Shown in pieces: positions 10,792 to 24,100 of a DNA stretch of 64,000 nucleotides. Origin of the DNA: Eledone cirrhosa (taxonomy: Eukaryota); assembly GCA_964016885.1 (NCBI GenBank), contig OZ024741.1, positions 27,342,001 to 27,406,000 of the forward strand. The letters run 5' to 3'. The position numbers and the translations under genes were made by a program. The number at the start of each line of letters is the position of its first letter. Position 1 is the stretch's first letter. Under the pieces are notes generated by a model that saw only the letters and a list, made by a program, of their open reading frames with translations, was not told where the DNA came from and did no database searches.

Positions 10792-11720
10792 ATTACCACT
10801 ACACTCCTGATATTATCTCCACATTATAACTACACTCCCCACATTATAACTACACTCACCACATTAACACTACACTCCCCATATTATCACTACACTCCCC
10901 ACGTTATCACTACACTCTCTACATTATCACTATACTCTCTACATTATCACTATACTCTCTACATTATCACTACACTCCCCACATTATCACTACACTCTCC
11001 ACATTATCACTACACTCACCACATTATCACTACACTCCCCACATTATCACTATACTCCCCACATTATCACTACACTCACCATGTTATCACTACACTCTCT
11101 ACATTATCACTAGATTCCCCACGTTATCACTACACTTACCACATTATCACTACACTTGCCACATTATCACTACACTCTCTACATTATCACTACACTCTCT
11201 ACATTATCACTACACTCTCTACATTATCACTACACTCCCCACATTATCACTATACTCCCCACATTATCACTACACTCTCCACATTATCACTACACTCCCC
11301 ACATTATCACTATACTCCCCACATTATCACTACACTCTCCACATTATCACTACACTCCCCACATTATCACTACACTCCCCACATTATCACTACACTCCCC
11401 ACATTATCACTACACTACACTCCCCACATTATCACTACACTACACTCCCCACATTATCACTACACTCCTCACATTATCACTACACTCCTCACATTATCAC
11501 TACACTACACTCCCCACATTATCACTACACTACACTCCCCACATTATCACTACACTACACTCCCCACATTATCACTACACTCCTCACATTATCACTACAC
11601 TCCTCACATTATCACTACACTACACTCCCCACATTATCACTACACTACACTCCCCACATTATCACTACACTACACTCCCCACATTATCACTACACTACAC
11701 TCCCCACATTATCACTATAC
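10792..11720. repeat. 20-bp minisatellite ACATTATCACTACACTCYCY with 25-bp variants (extra ACTAC) in the 3' part
   Basis: Direct periodicity. Ends about 22 nt before the exon acceptor. Confidence 0.96.
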
Positions 11721-11742
11721 TTACTCCATTGTGTATTTTCAG

Positions 11743-12003
11743 CAAATGTTAACGCCCGTTTCTGTACCACATGTGAACTCTACGACCTCTAACTTGTCTG
11801 GCCAGCAACAGCAACCTGTGAACAACAACAACAACAACACCACCACCAATGGAGGCTGCACCCATCTCAACCAACAGAACCAGGCACACAGTACTGCTGC
11901 TGTTGCTGCTGCTGCCACTGCTAGCAGCAGTAGCAGCAGCAGCAACTGCAGCAGCAATGGTGTGGCCAACAGCTCGACAAATGGCAGCAATAACATCATC
12001 ATA

Positions 12004-12035
<32 letters not shown>

Positions 12036-12703
12036 TAATGGCGGTAGCAACAACAGCAACGGAGGTCACAATAACAATAATAACAACAACATTGGTGGTG
12101 GTGGCAGTGGTGGTGGTGGTGGCGGCGGTGGCGGTGGTGGTGGTAGTGGTGGCGGTGGTGGTAGCAGCAGCAACAACAGCAACAACAACAACAGCAACAG
12201 TAATATCACAAGTAATGGCATCAACAGCAGCAGCTTGGTGCACACTGTTGCAGCAAGCAGCAGCAGCACACTACGAGCAAACAGCAGCAATAGCAGTGGT
12301 AACAACAACAACAGCAGTAGTAGTAGCAGCAGCTCTGGGCCCTTATTGGGCTCAACAGAGACCAGCACAACAGGAATCAGTACTAGTAACAACAACAACA
12401 GCAACAACAGTAGTAACAACAACAGCATCATCAACAGCAGCACCAGTAGCAACAACAACAACAACAACAATAACAACAACAGTATCCATCAAGCAATCAA
12501 CTCCAGCAGCCTTCATTCCAACCTGGTCACTGCTGGTACAAGGAGCTTGGTCAGCCACCTACAACAACATGTCACTGCCAAAACGACGGCAGCTTCCCAA
12601 CAGCAGCAGGCTGCTACTCGTATAACAGTGGCATCGCAGTCCCTCACCACCCACACAACTACCTCAGATGGGCTGCCTCCAAATGTCAGTCAACTTTTAC
12701 CCA
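11743..12703 (+). CDS. POU6F2: Class VI POU factor large low-complexity exon (poly-N/S/G/Q; QMLTPVSVPHV...GLPPNVSQLLP)
   Basis: Acceptor TTTTCAG, phase 0; 320-codon open frame; donor A|GTATGT, phase 1, matches the next exon (A+AT=Asn). Confidence 0.8.
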
Positions 12704-12796
12704 GTATGTAAAAAAAATGTTTTCATTAACTCCATATATTTGCCTCACAACCATTGATGTGGCTTAAGCTTAGCTGTAGGGCTTACATGTCTTTAA

Positions 12797-13013
12797 CTCT
12801 TTAGCATTTAAACCGGCCATATCCGGCCAGAATTCTCTACCTCTTTCTGTCCAAACCGGTCGTAATTGGCTGCTCATACCAATGTTAAGGTATTATTCTG
12901 AAAATAATATCAAAATCTCGTAGATTTGATATCATGTGAGATAATTATGAGAGGTAAAGCCGTTTCTGTAAAAATACAAATAGTAAATATAGAGTAATGT
13001 AAATACTAAAGTG
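12797..13013. mobile_element. TTAA-flanked MITE (piggyBac-like ends), copy 1
   Basis: TTAA|CTCTTTAGCATTTA...TAAATACTAAAGTG|TTAA. Reverse-complement homolog of 16044-16251. Confidence 0.8.
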
Positions 13014-14119
13014 TTAAATAATGTCTACACTCTACTTTCTTTAACTCTTAGTGTCCTGTACCACATGAAACCACATTAGCAAAAAACCTTGTTGAAAAGT
13101 ACAAAACAAAACTAAGACTGCACCACATTAAAAATTGAAGTTTTTACTTTAGTTTACTTTAAATTTTCACAACAAACTGTCCAGTAGTAAAGATACTATA
13201 AACATTTGAATTAACATACTCGTTTCTTAAATGTCTGATAATTTTCAAAAAGCTGGTACAATGCAGTAGAAAAATATGAAACGCAAATGATGACAAATAA
13301 AACAAAACAAAGTAATGTTCGTTTTGTTTTGAACTGTTTCAATTCCACATTTGAAAAGAGGGTTATAGCCCTAAAATATTATGTTGAAATATATTGGATA
13401 AAACATTACTTTGTTTTATTTCTCTTCATTTGTCTTTTGTATTTTTCTACCACATTGTACCAACTTTTTGAAACCTATCAGTCTTTTATTACATATCTCT
13501 CACAATGCTTCGTATTAACTATATTACTTTATTTTTTTAATATGTTCTACAAAATCATTAGAGGATGTTCAGAGATAGAGTTGAATAATAGCATTATTAG
13601 TCTCAATTCATAACATTTCATATTTACATCTCTGATTCATTTCATTCAGTTGAATTTTTTTATTGTCAACTGATGTCTTATTCCTGAATGTGTACTTACT
13701 TGTACTTGTGGTGGCGTTCACCTGGGATGAGGTCGGGTGTGTTTGGGCCAGCTCCATTGAAGGAACTCTCAGTGTAAGTTCATTTCAATGGAGTTTCTTC
13801 AGGCGATTGGTTTCACAAGCGGTGCCCAGCCACAGGTGTAAACACTTTAGGATAGTGCAATCTAAGCATTGCATCAGATATAGTGCCAAGCTCTCACTTT
13901 CACACACAACCCAATTTGGTGAAGCCAGTGCTGCAATGGGGATGTATGGGAGGGAGTCTGACCAGCAGAGGTGATACACACAACCTATTTGAACCATTTT
14001 ATAGGCCAGCAGGAGCTCACCTCCACAACCCATCTCAAGCATACCGACCCTCGACACCAGAATGTGTACACAGCATCAGGACTGGAGTTGAACTAGGAAA
14101 TTTTATTTCTAAACTGTAG

Positions 14120-14676
14120 TTGGTGCCACAATAAAATACACCCAGTGCACTATTTAAAGTGGTAGTGTTGGTGCCATGATAAAATACACCTAGTACACTG
14201 TATAATGGTAGTGTTGGTGCCATTACTATAAAGTGGTAGTGTTGGTGCCATGATAAAATACGCCTAGTACACTGTATAATGGTAGTGTTGGTGCCATATT
14301 AAAATACACCTAGTACACTGTATAATGGTAGTGTTGGTGCCATTACTATAAAGTGGTAGTGTTGGTGCCATGATAAAATACACCTAGTACACTGTATAAT
14401 GGTAGTGTTGGTGCCATTACTATAAAGTGGTAGTGTTGGTGCCATGATAAAATACACCTAGTACACTGTATAATGGTAGTGTTGGTGCCATTACTATAAA
14501 GTGGTAGTGTTGGTGCCATGATAAAATACACCTAGTACACTGTATAATGGTAGTGTTGGTGCCATTACTATAAAGTGGTAGTGTTGGTGCCATGATAAAA
14601 TACACCTAGTACACTGTATAATGGTAGTGTTGGTGCCATTACTATAAAATGGTAGTGTTGGTGCCATGATAAAATA
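14120..14676. repeat. 74-bp tandem repeat (46+28 subunits) derived from a SINE body segment
   Basis: GGTAGTGTTGGTGCCATGATAAAATACACCTAGTACACTGTATAAT + GGTAGTGTTGGTGCCATTACTATAAAGT, repeated about 7 times. Confidence 0.9.
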
Positions 14677-14762
14677 CGAGTCGTGCACTGGAGTCAAATT
14701 AATTGACTTTCCCCTCACCCAAAATTGCTGGCCTTGTGCCTAAATCAGAAACCATAATTACT
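14677..14762 (+). mobile_element. SINE 3' tail (family of 9790-10012)
   Basis: TTAATTGACTTTCCCCTCACCCAAAATTGCTGGCCTTGTGCCTAAATCAGAAACC matches 9952-10005. Confidence 0.7.
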
Positions 14763-14800
14763 TGTATTAAACCTGCCATATATCTAATTTGCTGTTGCAG

Positions 14801-14978
14801 ATACTGTAAGCAATTCTACTGAGAGCACAACTGTTGACGGCATCAACTTAGATGAGATCAAAGAGTTTGCTAAGCAGTTTAAAATCCGACGCCTATCATT
14901 AGGTCTAACACAGACCCAAGTCGGACAAGCTTTAAGTGCAACAGAAGGACCAGCCTATAGCCAGTCAGCCATTTGCAG
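14801..14978 (+). CDS. POU6F2: POU-specific domain exon, class VI (VDGINLDEIKEFAKQFKIRRLSLGLTQTQVGQALSATEGPAYSQSAICR)
   Basis: Acceptor TTGCAG and donor AG|GTAAGT. The sequence is diagnostic of the POU6F1/POU6F2/pdm3 POU-specific domain. Confidence 0.97.
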
Positions 14979-15129
14979 GTAAGTTGAAATGGTGAATCTA
15001 TAGTTATTACTATGGGCTTCCACATAGTTTCTGTCTAAACAATTTTATTGTAACCATTGAAAGAAATTATGATCTCAAATATGGCACAAACTATATTTGT
15101 TGATGCTTGAGAGAATAATTTCAGACACA

Positions 15130-15262
15130 TTGTTGTGTGTATGTGTGTGTGTGGGGGGGGAGGGGGCATGTGTGTGTAGTAGCATGTGTGTATGTGTTAT
15201 GTATGCTGTGTGTATTGTGTATGCTGTGTGTGCTGTGTGTGTTGTGTGTGTGTTGTATGTGT
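15130..15262. repeat. (TG)n degenerate microsatellite
   Basis: Direct reading. Confidence 0.9.
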
Positions 15263-15335
15263 TTTAAAGTAATACACATGAGTACAATACATATAATGTC
15301 CCTTTTTCTCTTTTTTCTTCTCTTTACATCAAACT

Positions 15336-15770
15336 CCATACCATCATCATCACCACCACAATCACCACTACCACCACCACTACAACCACTATTATTATTA
15401 CCATCACCACAAACACAATCACTACCATCGCCACAACCACCATCATCTCCACAACCACTACCTCATCACCACCACCACCACTACCACTTCCACCAACATC
15501 AACACTACCACCACCATCACCACCATCATAACCCCACCACCACCATCATCACCCCACCACCACCATCATTACCACCACCACCACTACCATCATCACTACT
15601 ACCACCGCTACCACCATCATCACTACTACCACCATCACTACCACCACCACCACCACCATCATCACTACTGCCACCATCACTACCACCACCACCACCACCA
15701 CCACTACCACCACCACCACCACTACCACCACCACTACCACCACCACCACCATCATCACCACCACTATCAA
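15336..15770. repeat. (CCA/CAT/CTA)n trinucleotide tract
   Basis: Direct reading. Confidence 0.93.
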
Positions 15771-15777
15771 TACACAG

Positions 15778-15998
15778 GTTTGAAAAGCTGGATATCACTC
15801 CCAAAAGTGCTCAGAAAATTAAACCGGTTCTCGAACGATGGATGGCGGAGGCTGAGGAACGTTACAAAAATGGGGTGCAAAATCTGACTGAATTCATTGG
15901 CAGTGAGCCTTCTAAGAAGCGGAAACGACGCACATCTTTTACACCACAGGCATTAGAAATATTAAATCAACACTTTGAGAAAAATACACATCCATCAG
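15778..15998 (+). CDS. POU6F2: End of POU-specific domain, linker and homeodomain helix 1 (RFEKLDITPKSAQKIKPVLERWMAEAE...KKRKRRTSFTPQALEILNQHFEKNTHPSG)
   Basis: Acceptor ACACAG phase 2 (AG+G=Arg), donor G|GTAAGG. FEKLDITPKSAQKIKPVL and KKRKRRTSFTPQA are class VI POU signatures. Confidence 0.97.
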
Positions 15999-16043
15999 GT
16001 AAGGAAGATAGTGAGGCAGTAATATGGCCGGGGTCAGATTTAA

Positions 16044-16251
16044 CCCTTTACCATTTACATTACTCTATATTTACTATTGTATTTTCATGGTAATGGCTTT
16101 ACTTCACATAGTATCGAATCTACGAGATTTTGATATTATTTATTTTGAGAACAATACCTTAACATCAGTATGAGCGGCTGGTTACAGCCAGTTTGAATAA
16201 AAAGAGGTGAGAGAATTCTGGCTGGATACAGCCAGTTTAAATGCTAAAGGG
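16044..16251. mobile_element. TTAA-flanked MITE, copy 2 (inverted relative to copy 1)
   Basis: TTAA|CCCTTTACCATTTA...TAAATGCTAAAGGG|TTAA. The internal sequence is the reverse complement of 12797-13013. Confidence 0.82.
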
Positions 16252-16529
16252 TTAAAGGGGGAACGATTGATCAATTGCCCCACCGCTGAAAATGGAGCCC
16301 TCTTGTATGAAAGTCAGTGTGCTATATTCCTAACGAGATGCCCCTACTGCCAGTGGATGATTCTGTACCAGAGGGAATGTATCTGTGATAGACTTGTATC
16401 TTTTAGGCATATTTGAGCTATTTTTAACAATGTATATAGTAGCAGTGTTGTCACAAAAATTCAGCAAAACTTCTTCACTCAAGCAGACTCCAGATATTTG
16501 TGTATGTGTGTGTTTAAGGTTTAGTGTAT

Positions 16530-16590
16530 ATCATCATCATCATCATCATCATCACATGTCTATTTTTCCACACTAGCATGGGTTAGAGGA
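16530..16590 (-). mobile_element. SINE 3' tail with (CAT)n
   Basis: (CAT)n..TTTTCCACACTAGCATGGGTTAGA matches 5126-5187. Confidence 0.65.
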
Positions 16591-16704
16591 GTTGTCCTGT
16601 TATGAGACAAGGCAGGAGGGACGTGGTTGGGGGAGGGTTGTTAGAGTATGGAAGGGGGAGAGGGAAAGTAGTACATACAGGATGCATGCTTCAACCCGTA
16701 CATA

Positions 16705-17085
16705 GCCCAACTAATTATGGAAAGAGTTAAATTAGATAAGATGCAGTTTGGTTTTGTGCCATGAATGAGCACCACAGATGCTCTCTTCTTATGGAGACAA
16801 TTACAAAAGCCTTTGAGAGAGTTCCACAATCTGTTATTTGGTGGTTCTTAAGACAATTGGGTGTAGATAAGTGAGTTGCAAGAGCATTGTAAGCCATATA
16901 CACCGGTGCAGTTAGCAAGGTAAGAATTTAGTGAGGAATTCAGTATGCAAGTAGATGTCTATAAAGGTTCAGTCATTAGCTCCCTCATGTTCTCCAGGCC
17001 ATAATAAAGGAGTTTATGACCAGATGGCCATGAAAACTTCAGTATGTTGATAACTTGGTTCTTATTGCTGAATCTGTGGGAACAG
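16705..17085 (+). mobile_element. Degraded RTE-type LINE reverse transcriptase fragment
   Basis: Fragments LDKMQFGFVP*MSTTDALF, FERVPQSVIWWFLRQLGV, EEFSMQVDVYKGSVIS and LQYVDNLVLIAES (decayed YADD), with stops and frameshifts. Confidence 0.8.
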
Positions 17086-17182
17086 AGCTGAGAATCAAAG
17101 GACTCAGTAAACCTAGCAAAGACCACCTCTGAGGATGGATTGGGTGTTTTTTGTTGTGGCACTGACACTATTACCTTACAAG

Positions 17183-17496
17183 CAAGGCCAGATTTAATGG
17201 GGGGCAAAGGGGGCAATTGCTCCAGGTCCCCTGCTGTTGGGGACCCCACCAGTGACAACCGTAGCAATTTATTTGTACCCTCAGCTGGGCTTTTTAATTT
17301 TAAGATGGTTAGAATTTTTTAATTTAATACCTGTATGTATAACTTTTCAATTCCAATTACTTGCACCAAGCTAAATTTGATATGAAAAATTCGGGGGTGA
17401 GGGGTGGTGGGATGCTTTATATTCTAATTTTTTTGTGTATGAGGGGCCCCTAAACCTGAAGTGCCCTGGGCCCTACAAGGTCTAAATCCAACCCTA
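17183..17496. mobile_element. Non-autonomous hAT-like MITE with 8-bp TSD
   Basis: Direct repeat CTTACAAG at 17175-17182 and 17497-17504. Degenerate TIRs CAAGGCCAGATTTA / TAAATCCAACCCTA, with GGGGCCCC subterminal motifs. Confidence 0.8.
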
Positions 17497-18114
17497 CTTA
17501 CAAGGTACAGTAGATGCTTTATGTCATGGAATCAACACTGTCATTTTACAAGGTGGACTGGATGTGTTTTATAGTATCACCAGTACTACCTCATTACATT
17601 TGTTAAAAGTCTATTTTCCATGTTTGGCAGCCCGGTTGTCATGCTCTGAGACTAGGGCAGACAGGTGAATATGTCAGGCTCATACATATTGTCCTGGCAT
17701 GGCCACCATGACTTGATGGCCTTCCTATTGAGAACAGTATAAATAGAATTTCTAAGGATATAACAGCATTTGTAATATAAATATTCTGAATATTCTGATT
17801 AAAAATAGCAACTATATGATGTCTATTCAGAAGACATTACTAAATACCTGTAGTGTTCATGTCATCAGATATTAAATCACACTCATAAAATTTCTACTTA
17901 GAAGAAAAAGCATTTAGATTCTTCTAGACAAACAAAGCTCTGGCATAAAGATAGCCATAAAAATAAAACTAATTTGCAAGTGCTATAGAAAGAAGCTAGT
18001 AGACCAAACTATTGAACAATATAGACATGTAGTCAATATTAGCAATATATGATACTCTACACATTGAAACACATCTTAGAGCCACAGAAAGTGTATTGTT
18101 ATATGAATTAAATT

Positions 18115-21100
18115 CATACTAACTACAGAACACACACACATACTAACTATTGAACAAATACTAACTACAGAACACATACACATACAAACTACAGAACACA
18201 TACATACAAACTACTGAACACATACTAACTACAGAATACATACACATACAAACTACAGAACACATACATAAAAACTACTGAACAAATACTAACTACAGAA
18301 CACATACACATATGCATACTAACTACAGAACACATACTAACTACAGAACACATACTAACTACAAAACACATACTAACTACAGAATACATACATACTAACT
18401 ACTGAACACATACTAACTACAGAACACATACTAACTACAGAACATATACACATACTAACTACTGAACACATACTAACTATAGAACACATACTAACTACAG
18501 AACACATACATAATAACTACAAAACACATACATACTAACTACAGAACACATACATACTAACTCCTGAACACATACTAACTACAGAACACATACACATACT
18601 AACTGCTGAACACATACTATCTATAGAACACACACGCATACTAACTACTGAACAAATACTAACTACAGAACATATACTAACTACAGAACACATACACATT
18701 CGAAGTACAGAACACATACTAACTACTGAACACATACTAACTACAGAACACATACTAACTACAGAACACATACACATACGAACTACAGAACACATACTAA
18801 CTACAGAACACATACACATACTAACTACAGAACACATACTAATTACAGAACACATACACATATTAACTACAAAACACATACTAACTACGGAACACATACT
18901 AACTACAGAAAACATACTAACTACAGAAAACATACTAACTACAGAACACATACTAACTACAGAACACATACTTACTACTGAACACATACTAACTACAGAA
19001 AACATACTAACTACAGAACACATATTAACTACAGAACACATACTAACTACAGAACCCATACAAACTACAGAACACATACTAACTACGGAACACATACAAT
19101 CTACAGAAAACATACTAACTACAGAAAACATACTTACTACAGAAAACATACTAACTACAGAAAACATACTAACTACAGAAAACATACTAACTACAGAAAA
19201 CATACTAACTACAGAAAACATACTAACTACAGAAAACATACTAACTACAGAACACTTACTAACTACAGAACACTTACTAACTACAGAAAACATACTAACT
19301 ACAGAACACATACTAACTACAGAAAACAAACTAACTACAGAAAACATACTAACTACAGAAAACATACTAACTACAGAAAACATACTAACTACAGAAAACA
19401 TACTAACTACAGAACACTTACTAACTACAGAACACTTACTAACTACAGAAAACATACTAACTACAGAACACATACTAACTACAGAAAACAAACTAACTAC
19501 AGAAAACATACTAACTACAGAACACATACTTACTACTGAACACATACATATTAACTACAGAACACATACTAACTACAGAACACATACACATACTAACTAC
19601 TGAACACATACTAACTACAAAACACATACTAACTACAAAACACATAGTAACTACAGTACACATACTAACTACTTGACACAAACATACTAACTACAGAACA
19701 CATACATGCTAACTACTGAACACATACTAACTACAGAACACATACTAACTACAGAACACATACACATACTAACCTCTGAACACATACTAACTAAAGAACA
19801 CATACACAGACTAACTACTGAACACATTAACTACTGAACACATACACATACTAACTACTGAAAACATACTAACTACAGAACACACACTAACTACTGAACA
19901 CATATTAACTACAGAACATACTAACTACAGAACACATACACATAATAACTACTGAACACATACTAACTACAGAACACATACATACTAACTACTGAATACA
20001 TACTAACTACAGAACACATACTAACTACAGAACACATACTAACTATAGAACACATACACATACTAACTACTAATCACATATTAACTACAGAACACATACT
20101 AACTACAGAACACATACTAACTACAGAACACATACTAATTACTGAACACATACTGACTACAGAACACATACTAACTACAGAACACATACTAACTACCGAA
20201 CACATACTAACTACTGAACACATACACATACTAACTACAGAACACATACACATACTAACTACAGAACACATTCACATACTAACTACAGAACACATACACA
20301 TACTAACTAAAGAACACACACATACTAACTACTGAACACATATTAACTACAGAACATATACTAACTACAGAATACATACACATACTAACTACAGAACACT
20401 TATATACTAACTACTGAATACATACTAACTACAGAACACATACTAACTACAGAACACATACTAACTATAGAACACATACACATACTAACTACTCATCACA
20501 TATTAACTACAGAACACATACTAACTACAGAACACATACTAACTATAGAACACATACACATACTAACTACTCATCACATTTTAACTACAGAACACATACT
20601 AACTACAAAACACATACATACTAACTATTGAACATATACTAACTACTGAACACATATTAACTACAGAACACATACTAATTACTGAACATATACTGACTAC
20701 AGAACACATACTAACTACAGAACACATACTAACTACCGAACACATACTAACTACAGAACACATACTAACTACAGGACACGTACTAACTACAGAACACATA
20801 CATACTAACTACTGAACACATACTAACTACTGAACACATACTAACTACAGAACACATACTCATACTAACTACAGAACACATACACATACTAACTACTGAA
20901 CACATACTAACTACAGAACACATACATACTAACTACTGAACACATACTAACTACAGAACACATACTAACTACTGAACACATACTGACTACAGAACACATA
21001 CTAACTACAGAACACATACTAACTACAGAACACATTCTAACTACAGAACACATGCACATATTAACTAATGAACACATACTAACTACAGAACACATACTAC

Positions 21101-24100
21101 CTACAGAACACATACTAACTACAGAACACATACATATACTAACTACAGAACACTTACTAACTACAGAACACATACACATACTAATTACTGAACACATACT
21201 AACTAAAGAAAACATACTAACTACTGAACACATACTAACTACTGAACACATACTAACTACAGAACATATACTAACTACAGAACAGATATTAACTACAGAA
21301 CACGTACATACTAACTACTGAACACATACTAACTACTGAACACATACTAACTACAGAACACATACTAACTACAGAACACATACTAACTACTGAACAGATA
21401 TTAACTACAGAACACATACTAACTACTGAACACATACTAACTATAGAACACATACTAACTACAGAACGCACACACATACTAACTACTGAAGACATACTAA
21501 CTGCAGAACACATACACATACTAACTAATAAACACATACAAACTACAGAACACATACTAACTACAGAACACATACTAACTACAGAACACATACTAACTAC
21601 TGAACACATACTAACTACTGATCACATGCTAACTACAGAACACATACTAACTACTGAACACATACTAACTACAGAACACATTCTAACTACAGAACACATA
21701 CACATATTAACTACTGAACACATACTAACTACAGAACACATACTAACTACTGAACACATACTAACTACAGAACACATACACATACTAACTACAGAACACT
21801 TACTAACTACAGAAAACATGCTAATTACACAACACATACTAACTGCAGAACACATACTAACTACAGAACACATACTAACTACTGAACAGATATTAACTAC
21901 TGAACACATAAATACTAACTACTGAACACATACTAACTACAGAACACATACTAACTACAGAACACATACTAACTACTGAACAAATACTAACTACAGAACA
22001 CATACACATACTAACTACTGAACCCATACTAACTATAGAACATACTAACTACTGAACACATACTAACTACTGAACACAAACTAACTACAGAACACATACT
22101 AACTACAGAACACATACTAACTACTGAACACATTCTAACTACAGAACACATACTAACTACTGAACACATACTAACTACAGAACACATACACATACTAACT
22201 CCTGAACACATACTAACTACAGAACACATACTAACTACTGAACAAATACTAACTACAGAACACATACACATACTAACTACTGAACCCATACTAACTATAG
22301 AACATACTAACTACTGAACACATACTAACTACTGAACACATACTAACTACAGAACACATACTAACTAGAGAACACATACTAACTACTGAACACATTCTAA
22401 CTACAGAACACATACTAACTACTGAACACATACTAACTACAGAACACATACACATACTAACTCCTGAACACATACTAACTACAGAACACATACTAACTAT
22501 TGAACACATACTAACTACAGAACCCATACTAACTACAGAACACATTCTAACTACAGAACACATACTAACTACAGAACACATTCTAACTACAGAACACATA
22601 CTAACTACAGAAAACATACTAACTACAGAACACATACTAACTTCAGAACACATACCAACTACAGAACACATACTAACTACAGAACACATACTAACTACAG
22701 AACACATACTAACTACTGAACACATACTAACTACTGAACACATACTAACTACAGAACACATACTAACTACTGAACACATTCTAACTACAGAACACATACT
22801 AACTACTGAGCACATACTAACTACAAAACACATACTAACTACTGAACACATACTAACTACAGAACACATACTAACTACTGAACACATTGTAACTACAGAA
22901 CACATACTAACTACAGAATACATACACATACTAACTACTGAACACATACTAACTACAGAACACATACTAACTACTGAACACATACTAACTACTGAACACA
23001 TACTAACTACTGAACACATACTAACTACAGAACACATACTAACTACAGAACATATACTAACGACTGAACACATACTAACTACAGAACACATACATACTAA
23101 CTACTGAACACAATCTAACTACAGAACACATACACATACTAACTACAGAACACATTCTAACTACAGAACACATACACATATTAACTACTGAACACATACT
23201 AACTACTGAAGACATACTAACTACAGAACACATACTATCTACAGAACACATACTAACTACAGAACACATACACATACTAACTACAGAACAGTTACTAACT
23301 ACAGAACACACACACATACTAACTACAGAACACATACTAACTACTGAACACATACTAGCTACAGAACACAAACTAACTACAGAACCCGTATTAACTACAG
23401 AACATATTCTAACTACAGAACCCATACAAACTACAGAACACATACTAACTACTGAACACATACTAACTACTGAACACATACTAACTAGAGAACACATACA
23501 CATACTAACTACTGAACACATACTACCTACAGAACATACTAGCTACTGAACACATACTAACTACTGAACACTAACTACAGAACACATACTAACTACAGAA
23601 CACATACTAACTACAGAACCCATACTAACTACAGAACACATTCTAACTACAGAACACATTCTATCTACAGAACACATACATATACTAGCTACTGAACACA
23701 TACTAACTACTGAACACATACTAACTACAGAACACATACTAACTACAGAACACATACTAACTACAGAACACATACTAACTACAGAACACATACTAACTAC
23801 AGAACACATACTAACTGCAGAACACATACATACTAACTACTGAACACATACTAATGACAGAACACATAGTAACTACAGAACACATACTAACTACAGAACA
23901 CAAACACATACTAACTACTGAACACATACTAACTACAGAACACATTCTAACTACAGAACACATACTAACTACAGAAAACATACTAACTACAGAACACATA
24001 CTTTCTACTGAACACATACACATACTAACTACTGAACACATACTAACTACTGAACACATACTAACTACAGAACACATACTAACTACAGAATACATACTAA

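Noticed and set aside
11739-12625. Overlapping antisense/alternative-frame ORFs (poly-Leu, poly-Val/Thr)
   Set aside because: Shadows of the trinucleotide-rich coding exon.
13663-14119. Short ORFs / possible minus-strand LINE end
   Set aside because: No recognisable motif or convincing splice signals; could not support a call.
14120-14676. CRISPR-like repeat-spacer pattern (GGTAGTGTTGGTGCCAT with alternating spacers)
   Set aside because: The spacers are identical repeats, there are no cas genes, and the context is eukaryotic. It is a plain tandem repeat.
15137-15777. Pro/His-rich N-terminal extension of the POU exon in ORF 15137..16093
   Set aside because: Intronic microsatellite. The POU-specific domain is contiguous only if 14978 splices to 15778.
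16745-16765. TGGTTTTGT as homeodomain helix 3 (WFC) exon
   Set aside because: The context reads QFGFVP of a LINE reverse transcriptase, with no VRVWFCNxRQ.
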